A stretch of DNA of 64,000 nucleotides from Neophaeotheca triangularis (GCA_054600435.1 BAAIJX010000005.1:1-64000); one strand, 5' to 3'; counted from the stretch's first letter, positions 1-13,252 are shown. The notes: generated by a model not told the origin, from the sequence alone. A program made the numbers and translations.

Positions 1-213
1 GGGGGGGGGGAGGGGAAGCTGCCTCGACTCACAATCTCCTTGGAGCGCAACGACTCCCACAGCCGCTAGAAGCGAAATCAACCGCCTACCTCGCCTACCT
101 CTCCCGATCGACGCACAAACCTACATCAACCTACAGGACCTAAGAAACATATCTTACCTACCTACCTCGGTTGCCCATACACCCACCTCCCCAACCTACC
201 TAAAAACCAAACA

Positions 214-1018
214 ATGACAATCCCTCACCCCCTCACCCCTTCAACTCTCACCCCAGCTCAACCTCTACCGACAGAACTCCTCCACCAAATCTACCACCTC
301 CTCGGCCCACGACGCTTTCCACGCCGGCCGGCACACTTGTCGCCACTGGCTAGCCGCAAGTCTGCACGCGCTGTTGTTGCAACTACAACTCAGACGCGGC
401 GGGACCGCGGGCGGTGGGAGACCTTGGCAGAACTGCGTGATGGCGAGCAGAGGGTGGGGGGAGCTGAGTCGACTTTTGGCACGGGAGACTTGGCTGATGG
501 GTTCGGAAGCCAAGACGCCGGTGACGTGAGATGGAAACATTGCCCGTGTCGTTGAGAGGGAGCGATGCGCCCAGGGGATGGGGGGTTCGCGGTGGGGGCC
601 CTAGGGGTTGCGGGGTGGCTTAATGTGCTTGGGAGTGGTTGTGGTTGTGGTTGTGGTGGAGGTGGTAGAGGTGGAGGTGGTGATAGGAACCCCGGTAGCA
701 GAGGTAAAGGTGGTAGTCCTGATGTCGCTCACAGGCTGAATACGCTCTGGCTCGCGCATCGGAAACGAGGCAGCGGCGCCGCCATGGCTGCTGCTGGGAA
801 ACTTGCGTCGAGCCGTTTATCAGCCGCCGGTGAGTCCGATCTCCGGCCGGTCGTCTGCGAGCCCGTGCATGTGGGCAGTCTGGACGGAGAAGTTGCTGGC
901 GTGGCTGTTTGAAGAGGAGCACATAGTTGGCAACGCGGAAGGAGGCGCTAAATTGGTGGTGTGGGGGTTTGAGGTTTGTGACTCGTGGAAGAGGTGGAGT
1001 TTTGGGGTAGGTTGTTAG
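214..1018 (+). pseudogene. Probable frameshifted/degenerate fungal F-box domain gene
   Basis: The ATG214 ORF gives LPTELLHQIYHLLGP (F-box-like). After a +1 shift near 307-311 the frame reads DAFHAGRHTCRHWLAASLHALLLQLQLRRGG...WGELSRLLARE, which as I recall resembles a Pezizomycotina F-box family. A TGA follows near 526. Fragments VGSLDGEVAGVAV and KLVVWGF lie in other frames near 870-970. No splice sites repair the first shift. Confidence 0.5.
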
Positions 1019-1984
1019 CAGCAGATGTGGTGGTCGAAAAACCAGTTCGAACAGCCAAGGTGGGTAAGGTAACCATCGCTCCAGTAATTAAGTGTCGAAC
1101 CACGCGAGAACCCCAGCCTCTATATCTTTTCGATCGTTATTACCATTTTAAATTTTCCCACAGCCTACAAAGTTCCGTCAAAACCCAGCGGTAGAGTTGT
1201 ACTAGTAGAGTCAGTGTTTCGAACCTCAAGCTGTAGCCCATACTACATACCACTCACTCACTAGCTACAGATAGATAGCACCTAAACCCTTCATCTACAA
1301 GTACAACAGATCACCCACACACGTCTAAAACGCGCCGAATAACAAAAAAAGAGTCCCGAGTGCGGAGCCACCACCACCACCACCTCCCTCCGGTGAGGTT
1401 TAAACAAGCTCAAGTCGTGCATACAAGCAAGCCATCAACCGCTTTTAGCTCTCTCCTCCCATCCACGCAAACGACAGCAATCCCACCCGCACGCATTATC
1501 GGAAACAGCGCTAGAAAAACCGCGCGAGCAAGCAAGAAATCACAGCAAGCTTGCTTTCCTCTTCCGCCCTATGTTCCTTGACAAACAAAGCTAAAAAGCA
1601 GCGGCGGCAAATAAGTAGATGCCGTGGTGCAGTTGAGTTTGCTTCCGCCATGTAGAGGAAGCCCAAGAGTCGCGTGTGTAAACCCTAGCTAGCTAGCTAG
1701 CCGATGAAGAGTAGGGAGGGGGTTTTAGGGGAGGCTAGTGACAAAGGCGTTGCTTCCACACACTTGCCTGAAAAGGGGTGATATGACACGGCGGACGAAC
1801 ACCCTTGTCTTTCGAGGTAGCGCGGGGGCGCGAGCAAACCTAGCCTTCGTTTCCGTTCCCTCGCCCCTCGAGCGTCGTCGTGGTGTCGGGTAGTGTTGGT
1901 ACAAAAAGGTCGTTGCTTCTAGTCGCGAATCTCAAGGGGCTGGCTTAGGTTCATCTCAGCGTGCTTTTGGGGTAGGGCAAGATC

Positions 1985-2007
1985 CTCTCTCTTTCTCTCT
2001 CTCTACT

Positions 2008-2046
<39 letters not shown>
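1985..2046. repeat. (CT)n/(AG)n microsatellite downstream of the C2H2 gene
   Basis: Visible imperfect CT dinucleotide run. Confidence 0.9.
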
Positions 2047-2048
<2 letters not shown>

Positions 2049-2323
2049 CAGAGAAAACAACATCCCCCCTTCTTTTCCCTCTTCTCACTGCCCCAGAAAA
2101 AGATGCGGAGCAATGGCTCGGGTATCTCGTGATTGTTTCATCTCTATATGCGTACTTCGGGTCCTCCACACCATGCCCCACTCCCGACCGCCGCATTCCC
2201 ATGGCTGGCTCAAACCAAGGGAACCGGCTACAAAAGCGTACACTGCCAGCCTCTTCCTGGCACCGCCGTTTCCTCGACACCCAAGTTTTGTAGCAACGCG
2301 CCCTCACATTCGACGCGGTAGTT

Positions 2324-4432
2324 CTAATACCTAGGCTGCGGGACGTCGTTGCTATAGTTGCCCACGGGCCCCACGGGCGCGACGGGGTTCGAATTCACGT
2401 GCGCGTTGCCGGAAACCTGTTGCTGGTTGTTCGCCGTGGCGTTGGCCAGCTGAGTCCGCAGACTGATGACTTCCTCGCTCAACCTGCCGATTCGCAATTC
2501 GTACTCATCCTGCATGCGCGAGAATCGCGAGTCGAGAGTGCGTACGTAGTTCCAGAGGTCAGTGGTCGGATCGGAGCCGGAACTGGCGACAATGTCGCGC
2601 ATGCTGCTGCCGCTGCTGTGGCCGTGCGACGAGAGACTGCTGCCGGGTTGGCTGCTGGTGGTAGGAGGATGGGTGTGATGGCTGCTCCCGCTGCCTCCGC
2701 CGCCGCCCGAGGGGCCTGTTTGCGGGGTCTGGGGAGGTAATTGTTGGTGTTGAAGCAGGCTAGGGCCGTGGGATTGGCCGCCTCCCGGGTACGAGGATGA
2801 CGCTGGCTGCATGCCGCTTCGTGGGCCTTGGACTTGGTTGTTGCCGAGACCGGGAAGGATGGGGAGTTGTGGGGCGCCCTTGCTGGAATGTGAAGGTGGA
2901 AATTGAGTCGAAGGTGGGGTTCCGCGGCCGCTTCCACGGCCGAAATGAGCTTGTTGAAATTGGGTCGTGAGGGACGGGGACCGGTTGCGATGGACGCCGC
3001 TGGAACCTGCTGGGTCGCTTGTTGATAGTCTGTGCTGATCCACGGGCGCAGAGGGCGATAGTGGACCGGGTGACTCGGTCATGACCCCTTGCTGGGAGAA
3101 GACCTGACCCGGCGCCCCTGAAGCGTAGCAGTTCGATCCCATAGACGAGCCGCCGCCCGGACTAGGCTGGCCTGACGCATCGCGAGACGTATCTGTACTC
3201 GGACCCTGATGAACTACCTGAGGTGGCGCCATGTTACCGGCGTTGCCCCGCATTACTTGACTCCGGACTGGCGGGTAAGTGCTCGAGTGCTGCCGATACA
3301 CATCCCGGCTTGCGTCTTGAGGTGTTTCCAATTGCGTACGCTTCCTGCTCGGCTCACTCCCGCGTCGGCCTTCCTGATCACCTCCAACGTCGTCCTCGTC
3401 GTCATACTCGACGCCGTCCATACCGTCGCCATACTCATCGTCGGCGCCAAAGCTGGACCGCCGCCCGGCGCAACCTCCAGGCCCTTTACTGTGCCTTGCC
3501 AACGCATCTCCTCGAGCAAATCGTCTGCCGCACTTGTCGCATGTGTGCGGCCGCTCTCCAGTGTGCAGCTTGGTATGTCGCTTGAGATCGTGCAGTCTCC
3601 GAAAGCGCGCTTGACACGTTTGGCAAACATATGGCTTTTCTTGACTGTGGGTCAAAAGGTGACTCTTGAGATTGTGGTGCCTAGTAAAGTCGGTAGAGCA
3701 ATACGGGCATTTATGCCTCTTGTTTCCCGATGTAGGAGGGGATTTGGGGCTACTCCGGCCATAACCAGGGAGACTCATACCTCTTGACACTCCACCGTCT
3801 TGGTTCGTCTCCGATGGAGGAGGGCCCGGATAGGAGAACGCCTTGTTCGCATCTTGATCACCAGGTGGCATGAGGCTAGTGGCATCGCCGCTTTGACGAT
3901 AATCAGTTGGCTCTTCCACCATCTGACGTTGCGCCGAAGCTGTGGCAGTCATCGATCCGCCAGCCCCGGTGCTTTCTGCACTGCCAAAAGATGACATGCT
4001 CATTGGGCTTGTCTGCACAGACCCAGACTGTCCATTCGGCGGCATGTTCATCTTTTCCACCACTTGGCCCATAGGCTCGCTGACTTTGTTCGGTGAGGGC
4101 CGATCGGTAGGCTTGCTCATTCCTCCTCCGATCAACCACTGCATAGCTTCCATGGCCGGATTAGGACTCGTTTGTCTGCCTTGGTGGGCCTCCTCCTGCT
4201 GCCTCCTCCTCCTGATCTCTGCCATAGCGCCAGCGCCTGTCAAGTTAGGCGGCGTATAAGTAGGTAAGAGCGCTGGTTTCGCCGTCGCTCCTGTGTTGGA
4301 AGTTACAGACCTGCTGGTAGGTTTGAGTCGATCGGAGTCCTTTGAGAAGCCTTGCGTCGATGGATGCGTTTGCGGGGCGCCCTCGAGTGGTTGGAGATGG
4401 GCCGGACTACTCGCTCGCGTCGTCGCTGCCAT
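2324..4432 (-). CDS. C2H2 zinc-finger transcription factor (three fingers, Crz1/Prz1-like finger array)
   Basis: Single long ORF with CPYCSTDFTRHHNLKSHLLTH-SQEKPY-CQTCQARFRRLHDLKRHTKLH-TGERPH-CDKCGRRFARGDALARH, S/P/Q/G-rich flanks and a C-terminal coiled coil. The first ATG is at 4432; the track start at 4477 is TTG. Confidence 0.92.
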   Translation of the reverse strand: MAATTRASSPAHLQPLEGAPQTHPSTQGFSKDSDRLKPTSRSVTSNTGATAKPALLPTYTPPNLTGAGAMAEIRRRRQQEEAHQGRQTSPNPAMEAMQWLIGGGMSKPTDRPSPNKVSEPMGQVVEKMNMPPNGQSGSVQTSPMSMSSFGSAESTGAGGSMTATASAQRQMVEEPTDYRQSGDATSLMPPGDQDANKAFSYPGPPPSETNQDGGVSRGMSLPGYGRSSPKSPPTSGNKRHKCPYCSTDFTRHHNLKSHLLTHSQEKPYVCQTCQARFRRLHDLKRHTKLHTGERPHTCDKCGRRFARGDALARHSKGPGGCAGRRSSFGADDEYGDGMDGVEYDDEDDVGGDQEGRRGSEPSRKRTQLETPQDASRDVYRQHSSTYPPVRSQVMRGNAGNMAPPQVVHQGPSTDTSRDASGQPSPGGGSSMGSNCYASGAPGQVFSQQGVMTESPGPLSPSAPVDQHRLSTSDPAGSSGVHRNRSPSLTTQFQQAHFGRGSGRGTPPSTQFPPSHSSKGAPQLPILPGLGNNQVQGPRSGMQPASSSYPGGGQSHGPSLLQHQQLPPQTPQTGPSGGGGGSGSSHHTHPPTTSSQPGSSLSSHGHSSGSSMRDIVASSGSDPTTDLWNYVRTLDSRFSRMQDEYELRIGRLSEEVISLRTQLANATANNQQQVSGNAHVNSNPVAPVGPVGNYSNDVPQPRY

Positions 4433-5090
4433 AAGTGTGGCTAACTCAGCATCTGGTCGACAGAGTACGACCGTCAAAGAGGAGTGTGATCAAGTTGGCG
4501 GACGACTATGCGCGCCAACAGCACCCTTCGCAACAATGCACTCTTGCTGGCTGTGTACTCGAGTACGAGGCAGTCGAAGATTTTCGACGAGCGCAATGCG
4601 ACCGACTCGTGGCTGCTGGACGTCCGCGCGTTGCGTTTCGTGGAACTCGGGCTCGGATAGAGTCGCAAGCTGGAGACTGAGTAGGCCTCAGGCGATTCAG
4701 CCGCTGTCGAAGTGTGGATGCTTACGGAACGAAGATGGTAACAATTGTGATTGGCTGGCGGTGTCGTCGGTGTAGGATCAGATTAGATGGTGAGCAGCGC
4801 GGGCGTGGCTGGTCGAGCAACAATTCGAGCGAGGTTGGCTCGATGGGTCAGAGACTAAGAGGATGGAAACAGGGCGTGGTGAGTTGAGCTGATGGCATGT
4901 AGGTACTGCAGGTGAGCGAGGCTGTCTGGGTTCATGCAAAGTCAGCAGCTTTGTTGTCGGCGCCGGCGCACTTGATTCGAGCGAGCGTGGCGCAGAAGAG
5001 TCGGCAACAAACTAATGCTGTGTGGCGGCCGGGATCTGGGAGTGGGGGAGGAAGTAGCGTCTCGTCGGGGGGAGGGATGCCTGGCGGAAA

Positions 5091-5206
5091 GTGGTGATGG
5101 TGGTGGTGGTGGTGGGGGTAAGGCGCCGGTTGGACGTAAGGTCGCGTTGCGTCGTCTGGATGTTGGTTGATGGTGGTGGTGGTGGTGATGGTGGTAGTAG
5201 TAGTGG
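5091..5206. repeat. (GGT/GAT/AGT)n trinucleotide low-complexity tracts upstream of the C2H2 gene
   Basis: Visible tggtggtgg and gtagtagta runs. Confidence 0.7.
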
Positions 5207-7253
5207 ATGGTTTCGGTCGAGTACAGGTCGTGGTCGTAGAGAGCGAGGAGGAGGAGCAACCTAAGGCCCGGTTTCTGGCGTTGGGTGTGGCAGTGCATGA
5301 CGTAGACTGCGCCATTGCCGCCACTCCACACTGACAGATCAAGCTAACCTAAGTTTCTAATGATACCTTAATCGAATAACTAGAGGCTCTTTTCGGCATA
5401 GTATGTTAGTTATGCCCTGAACAGAATCATAACAAAACTTCTACCTTAGTTTTGCTTAGAACTTTATACTAGGTAGTCTATAGTCTAAGCCGTCGCCGGA
5501 CGGGACATTATTATTTGTTGCAACCGTCACCGGCGACAGCGGTAAGGTACCTTACTCTTCAGCCCTCAGGCTGGGGTGCTCGTAATCATCGCCCTGCAAC
5601 AGACGCTTGGACAAGAAAGATGCGTACTGTAAATACTACGCAAGTCGCTGAAACATCGGGCCGGAAAGCCTTCAACACCCGACATCCGACACACCTTACT
5701 GTATATACTAGGTAGGTAGGTGGTGTACTGTGTGTGTGTATACAATAGTTATGCGTTCTAGTAGTAGTCTACAAATAATGAATGATAACGCTCAGCCACA
5801 TTCCAGCCGGGCGTCTTGAGTTCTTAACAAATAAAAGGTACCTCATAGTATCTTCGGTAGGAACTAGCTAGACCTGGATCGGGCCTCGTAAAACGCCGCT
5901 CGCTTCCGTAGACAGACACACTACTACTGCACTACTCGTCTCTCCCCTCCCCGGGCCATGCGGAACGACAAAGGAAGGGCTTGTCACGTGCAGCCTTGAT
6001 CTGGTCCAACAGGCTCCCATCTCTATATCGATCCTTTGCTTGATGATATAGTAGTCGTCATCATCGTTTTTCTCCTGTCGCTCGCCGTGTACAGTTGTTC
6101 ATCGAATCTATCACCATGCATCCTGACTGTTGACAGTTTGGCGCCTTCCTAGCCACGCCAAGAGCCGCGATAAGATGAGTCTACAGACAGAGGTTCTAGC
6201 CTGGCGCCTCATCTGGGCTGTACTCATTCATCAGCAATAATCTCGCTGTGGCTAAGGTATGTAGGGTGCATTCCTCAAGAGCAGGTACTGTCATCATCGA
6301 GAGAGCCTAAAAGGATGTCGGGTTCCTTGATCGCGCCATAATAATACCTTAATAATCGTATCTAGCTACGTTTCCGTACTTCCTACCTACCTAGGGAAGA
6401 GGCAAACGGTAGGACCAGTGTATGCCATGCCATGTGCACCAATCCCGAACCGTGGAACAGAATAGGCCCTCAGCGGCGTGTAGAAAGTGGCTCACCTCAG
6501 CCACTGGCACCATCATTCAAAAAAGCCTACAGTACTAGTACGTGGCTTCCCGCGGACAATGATAATAATGCTAGGTAGGTATCTATGTATTCACTAGACC
6601 CACCAGAATCAACGTCTCACCGTCTCTACATCACCGTTGTAGTCACGCCCAGTACCTAGGTAGCAATCCCTTGACCCTCCACCCCTTCAGAGACAGTCCC
6701 GTCAACAACCCTCCGAAACCAGAGCGCATCTCCACTCAGTCACCCCAACTAACCGTACTCGCCATCAACGACATCACCAAAACACCCTCCTCTAGCCCCC
6801 GTCCGATGAGGAAGTGGCGCAAGCTCCATCCCCAGCTCCGCGGCTTCAACAGTCCGCATCCACTGACTGCACGCTGAGGCTCGCGACGTGTGTAGACATT
6901 TTGTTGGCAGTGCGGGACTTCACTAAAGCTTTTTGGGGAAATGCAAGAGATTGTATCACGAAAGCTATGTAAACGAACGCATTAAACAAGTCGAGGAGGG
7001 AGAAGGGTAAACATCAACATAAATCAATCTCTGCGCTCCCTCCAGCTGAGTAGCATTGCCAGGCGAGCCTCTTTCCGCAAGGGGTATTGCCAAGCCGCAG
7101 ACGGCCTGTGCCCGAGATCGTATTGGCTTCTAGAGCAAGGCTGGACGAAATGGAGAGAGGGGAAAATGGACAAAAGAAAGAGTCGACCGCGGAGGATACG
7201 TCGATTGTTGTTTCAAGTTATCGAGGCGGGGACACCGCGTCTGGTTTGTCGAG

Positions 7254-8421
7254 TTAGTCACCGGCCATTTCACTGTTTCCGACCTGGACACAGAGCAACT
7301 CACCTTGCAAGAGCTGATGCCACGCGAGGATCACACGGTCGAATTGAGCGCCCGGATTCCTAGCACGATACCGCTGCATGATAGTCTGATACAGCGCCGT
7401 CAGATCCTGCAGTCGGTGTCGGTAGCTCGCGGGTCCAGCCTGTCGCAACACGTCTACAACGAATAAGCCCGCGCCAGGCTCGCCGATGAGCGCCACGTAG
7501 AGATTGCGCTCCTCGTCGTAAGCGGGCCGGGTGACGCCGCTACCGGCGTAGGCGTCTCTGTCCCAGTCCATAACAGCTGTGACGAGCTCGACAAGAATAT
7601 CGACGAATGGTCGTCTTTGTGGGGCCTCGAGGTTCGCGAAACAATCGCGCACGATGATTCGGACGGCTCCGGCGAGACTGCGCAGATTATTTGCCGTGTC
7701 GTGTACGTCGCTGCCGTGGGCTTGTCCGTAAGTGATGTTCCTACTTAGCTGGAGGAAGATCTGCTGACTGCGGCGCCGAAGGTTAGTCGCCGTTTGCCGA
7801 GCCCAAAAGGGTGTGGAGATTGCTTGGGCAAGCTCGCTCCTTAACTGGGGATCTCTGAGGCTCGCGCGAGCAAGCGCTGCTGCGATCTGTCGGAACGCGG
7901 CGCTAGACTGTTTATCAGACACTAGCTGACGGTATGCGGCTTCCTGGGATTACTCACCCTGGCTCGGTTGTGGCTACCCCGGATCCTGCTAGGACGGCGT
8001 CTTCGCCAGGTACTCGGAGGTCAGGATCGAAGACACTCATCAAGCTGTGCACATGAGCGAGAATGGCGCGCTGCTGCTGAGCAGAGTCAGAGCTGCGCCT
8101 TGAGCCAGAGCCACTGTCATTGTCGTCGTCTTCATCGATATCGCTGTCTGCTTCCTCGTCACTTCCGTCTGAAGATTCTACCAGGCTCCTGGCTGGCGCT
8201 GTAGCTTGGACAATGGGACGACCGCCGGAGCGCTGCGAAGTGGAAGCGGTTTTTGAAGATCTTTGATGCGCCGACATGTGCTTGCCCGATGACTTTGAGC
8301 TGGCCGCCTGTTCGCGCTGGCGTTTTGAAGACCTGGTTTCGACCATGCTTGGATTCTTGCTAGTGAGAGTAAGCCGCCCAAATTCCGACGAGGGAGTACT
8401 CCGCCTGTTTGGACGCGACAT
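7254..8421 (-). CDS. Hypothetical protein (~370 aa, two exons; disordered basic/acidic N-terminus, helical C-terminus)
   Basis: ORFs 7954-8421 and 7254-7922 join in frame through intron 7957-7903 (GTGAGT...CTGAT...TCTAG), giving TTEPG-AAFRQ. No family recognised. Confidence 0.7.
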
Positions 8422-11101
8422 TTGCTTCGAAGTGCGAACGATAGATGTGTAAGGGGTAAGCCAAAAAGCAGTCCTATCATGAGTTACCGGCTGTGAGAAC
8501 CTTTATATTCAATACAAACCTCGCTTGCGGCAAAGTGAGATGCTCCCACCTTGACTTGGTCGTCGATCACCGTTGAACAAGCTGTACGGCAAGTGGGCAG
8601 TAGTTGCCCAATCCTGCGCGCAAACGGAAAGGCGAAGCAGTCTCACCAGCTCTCTGGGTCGGATAGCAACACTGTTAGGAGCGACTAGATTGGTGTTGGT
8701 GTGGGAACCAGAAGAGAATAGGCCCCACGATTGTTGCTCGCGACGTTTTCTTCGGCAATTTGACTTCACCGAGACCACCGAGAGCCCTTGGGTATGGCTT
8801 GTTTTCGCAAGTCGCACAGCTCAGTGCTGGGCCGGATATAATGGCAAACGGTTGCCGAGGCTGTACAAGCAGGCTGAATGTGCTGGAGGTGTTGCAGAAA
8901 AAGGCCCGAGGCCTTGGGTCAAAAGCTCACGAGAGGTGTGCTCGAAAGAACCGGCACTACGACGTCCTATCGCTACGAGGAAGCCGGTTATTAGGCATCA
9001 CTGTTACAGCCCCAGGTATCGATTTCACGACGAGACCTGTGAGCTTGACGTCGTCGCTTCAGTTGGTGTGGACTGTTGTTGGAATCGCAGGCAAGGACGG
9101 GCTATAAAGCACGATCGTACGGTCTATCGAACACTCCAAGAAAGGAAAGCGGAGCGCATGCTGCGGGTGATGGGATAAAGCGTCACTGCGTACATGGCTG
9201 AGTAGAGCTGCAGTCCCCATGGTCATTTATTTCGGTGGTGGTTGTGGAAGAGTAGAGATGAAGTCGAAGAGTAGTTCGGAGGAATCCTTGTCAGACGCTC
9301 GGGCCTGTGCCGTTGCTGCAGAAGCGACGTTTTTCCTTTCAACGCTGCCAATCAGCCTTCTTCTGTAGCCGCAGTACTATGTTAAAAACAACACCAACCG
9401 CATGAGCATTGCCATTGATACAATTTGAAAAGCGCTTGTGCGATTTCGTGAGCCACTCACTTCCGGACGTTTTGCGCAGAACGAGCCCGCATTGAGCGCA
9501 ACGCAATAGTGAAGGCCAAGTTGCTTTTGCAGCACCGTTCGCCCGAAAGAGCAGCACGACTCAGGCATAGTCAGTAGGTCTGCAGAGTTTCAGGGAACAT
9601 CGCGGCAGTTTACCGTCTACCGCAAAGCTAAGTAGGTGGGCGACGACCTTACTGGGTCACAGTAGTGTGTTGATGTTGCGGCAACCCGGAAAATGTCGCG
9701 CTGCGAATGTGCATGCACCATTCCAGATACTTGAGAGGTTCGCACTATGCAGGGTTTTCCGATACTCGTCGAGGGCATGCAACAGTGGAGTCAATATCGA
9801 GTCGCATGAATCGACCGTCATGTGCTATGCCGAGACAACGTGTACGCAATGACCACGAGTTTCTCTAGCAATTCAACGAGGTAATCTCTCACACTATGCG
9901 TCTATGAGCGCCATGTCACCGATCGCGTGAAGGGCGCACGACGCCATGGATTTTCGATCAATCAGATGCGGGCCTAGCGTATGGGTACCGGCGGTCAGCT
10001 GCTCCTTTTTGTTGTCCGATATTGCTCGGCTCACCTTGTCATCGAAGATCGATTTTCGGGCTATATCCATTCTGCAGCCATGCAGCACTTAGCCGCTGGA
10101 GTCTTGATCAGTCGCTTCAATGTCTAATGCGGTGTGTCGAAGACTCCGTTCTATCAAAGTCGCCGCGCTGGTGGAGGGTCGCCGTCACTGTTTTGTCCAC
10201 GCGTACGGTGTTTGGCCCTGCCAGGAAGTGGAATAGGCTGCACATTCTCGGAAGCTCTTCTACCGACGGGCCTTGTCTCCCGTCTAGGCTATTCAATGGA
10301 GGTCCTGATTCCTGAGGCATCCTGCAGTAATGTGTATGAACAGCGGGTTGCCCGGGTGGTCAATCATTCTCAACCGCTCTTGAGCACCGCGGTTGCTGAT
10401 TAGACGTTCCTCAATAGTGCTGAGAGTGGCACTCAGTAGCTCCAGCTTTTACCTTGGCTGGGAACAAACCTCTTACAAGCGACCCTTTCCCCGTTAAATT
10501 CCTCGTGTTTGATGTAGAAAGTGACAGAAGGATACATGTTTGTCGGGCCAGGATCAGATGAGCAAGCCCCGCTGTGTGTTACGGGTTTCACATCATCTCC
10601 AGTCATGACGATATTTGGCTGGCCGGAAGACAGGAGCGGACTGTTCTTGTAGAAATTTCGAGGAGGGCTGAATGGTGCAATCTTACGACCAGGTTCAAGC
10701 AACCACGGTAGGGCGACCAATGGCCACATCTTTGAAGCCGAAGGACCAGAACATAGAAGCCCATACATAGGTGGCGCCCAAGTATTCGTAACAGGACAAT
10801 GGCGGACACTTGTGGTGTTGTGAAGGAGCATAGGTATTGCCAGTCCAAGAGAACGGTGACTGCTGCCAACGATCCAGGCTGATGTTGACGGCAGAAGAAC
10901 GACCATTCTTCTTCGATTGTTTCTCAGAATGGGTACCTAGTTGTCCTGTAACGTGATGGAAAGCAAAGGAAATAACGTTACCATAGGTAGAGCACATAAG
11001 GTAGAAGTCAACAGACAAAGGTGTGAAGAAGTTCCGCAGTTTCCCCGTTTCCTCCCTCGCTTGAGGCCGTTTGACCTTGTTGCCAAAACTTCGACGTCTG
11101 A

Positions 11102-11108
11102 TGAGTCA
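11102..11108. promoter_or_regulatory. Gcn4/CpcA/CPC-1 response element TGAGTCA upstream of LYS1
   Basis: Perfect TGA(C/G)TCA about 80 bp before the LYS1 ATG. Amino-acid biosynthetic genes are established cross-pathway-control targets. Confidence 0.6.
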
Positions 11109-11184
11109 ACCCATCTTCTGCCCTGTACAACATTCCCAATTCGCACTTCGACCGGGTACCATCTTTTCGATAGTCACTATCATC

Positions 11185-12610
11185 ATGGCTCCGACGACTT
11201 TGCATGTGCGTGCCGAGACCAAGCCTCTCGAGCACCGCTCCGCCATCACTCCAGCCATTGCCAAAAAGCTCACCCAAGAAGGAGGCTACACTGTAAATGT
11301 GGAAAGGTCGCCTCTGAGCATCTTCGACGATTCAGAGTATGAAGGCACGGGGGCTTCGCTCGTCCCTACCGGCTCCTGGACAGAGGCACCAAGCGATCAC
11401 ATCATCGTTGGCTTGAAGGAGTTGCCCGAGGAGGACTTCCCTCTCAAGCATACAGTAAGTTGACGAAAATACAAGCAGCAACAGACTTTCAACTAAACAG
11501 TTCACCAGCACGTCCAATTCGCTCATTGTAGGCTGAAAGCTTCAAAATAATCGTTCTTCTAGCGCTGACATGTCTCAAAGGCTACAAGGGCCAAGGTGGA
11601 TGGGACAAAGTTTTGGGCAGGTATAACCATGGCAAGGGCACTCTTCTTGACATGGAATTTCTCCAGGATGGTATGAGATACAACGAATCCCTCTTCCTTG
11701 CGTACTGATCACGTCTAACAGATAACAGAGCAAGGCCGTAGAGTCGCCGCTTTTGGCTACGTAAGTCTTTCAGTCGATGAGAAGTGTTCGTATCACGCTA
11801 ATACTGGCAACAGCATGCTGGTTTTGCTGGTGCTGCGCTTGCTCTCATCACGTGGGCATGGCAGCTAGAGAACGGCCAGGGCAAGCCTTTGCCTAGTGTA
11901 TCAAGCTACGAGAACGAAGACCTGCTTATTGCGGACGTAAAGAAGGCTGTCCAGCAAGGCAAGGCAAAGTCCGGCCATCTTCCTCGTGTCCTTGTCATCG
12001 GTGCGCTTGGGCGTTGCGGAAAGGGTGCCGTCGATCTTTGCAAGCGCGCCGACGTTGAGGATATCTTGGTAAGATTCGTCCACCCTCCTCGTAGCGACCC
12101 ATCACTGACCTTTCTTAGCAATGGGATCTTCCAGAGACATCCGCCAAATCTGGACCGTACCCGGAAATCATCCAGTCCGACGTCTTCGTCAACTGCATCT
12201 ACCTCTCGGCCAAGATTCCGCCGTTCATCGACCCGCAGTCGCTCTCGACACCGGACCGCAAACTCTCCGTCGTCTGCGACGTCTCCTGCGACACTACCAA
12301 CCCTCACAACCCCATCCCGATCTACGACATCAACACTACCTTCAGCGAGCCAACAGTGCCCGTCAAGCTTCCCGCCGGATCCAGCGAACTGCCCTTGAGT
12401 GTCATTAGCATCGACCATTTGCCGTCGCTGCTGCCGAGAGAAGCGAGCGAGGCCTTCAGTGCGGCCTTGCTACCAAGTCTGATGCAGTTGGACGACTGGA
12501 AGAACGCGAGGGTATGGAAGGAAGCCGACAAGCTTTACCAGGAGAAGTGTGCGACTTTGCCTGAAGGCGCTGTCGATACCAAGACGGAGCTTATTGCTGG
12601 TCAGTCTTAG
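11185..12610 (+). CDS. LYS1: Saccharopine dehydrogenase (NAD+, L-lysine-forming)
   Basis: Exons 11185-11454, 11509-11527, 11581-11670, 11729-11760, 11814-12068, 12119-12610. Spliced motifs LHVRAETKPLEHRSA, IIVGLKELPE, HVQFAHCYKGQGGW, GRRVAAFGYHAGFAG, IGALGRCGKGA, DVSCDTTNPHNPIPIY, ISIDHLPSLLPREASEAFS. Confidence 0.96.
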
Positions 12611-13252
12611 TGGCGAGGCTGGCGCCTATAATTTCGAAGATCGTCTGCTTTGGGTATTTAGGAGTGTCAAAACAAGGCCTCGCGATCTGCGACTTCGCAT
12701 CGTGAAGAGCGACAATGCGGTCTGACTAGACAGCCTTTAAGCTCAAGAGTTATGAGAAATCCAATACACTATGTACCTGCTTCTTGAGACTGTCTCGACC
12801 AATTTTTTTCATGAAGACTCTGTTTTTCAAGTTCTTGTAGTTAATGTAATCAACGCTAGGTTACTGTCACCTTTTTCTTGTTTCCAGTCGCCCAGTTTGG
12901 TTGTCTAGGTACCTTGTTTTGTGGTGAGATTTGGAAAGTTCTCCTGACAGCCAACCGAACCATGCCCCCCTGTCCAAGCTTCGCGTCGGACCTGAATCGC
13001 AGGCCTCGAACTTGTCGACCAAGGAGACATCCAGCGTCTCACCCTGCCGTCCCCCACACACGTCCCTAATAACTTCTCTGACAATTTCCGTCGTCTTCAA
13101 CAGCTACACCGCGGCCTTGCACGAATTATTCTTCTCAACGCCAATGAGTAGAAACGCTCGCTATTCCACGCCTTCTCACGCCGTTGCGTCCTAAAAGTTT
13201 CCGCCAAGACGTAACACAGAGTCGCAACACCCCCTCCCGATACCCACCCACC

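Noticed and set aside
4932..5342. Poly-His/Thr/Pro ORFs upstream of the C2H2 gene
   Set aside because: Products of trinucleotide low-complexity DNA. A uORF role cannot be supported without transcript data.
8573..9178. 201-aa ORF on the + strand
   Set aside because: TTG start, no usable ATG until the end, and no recognisable motif.
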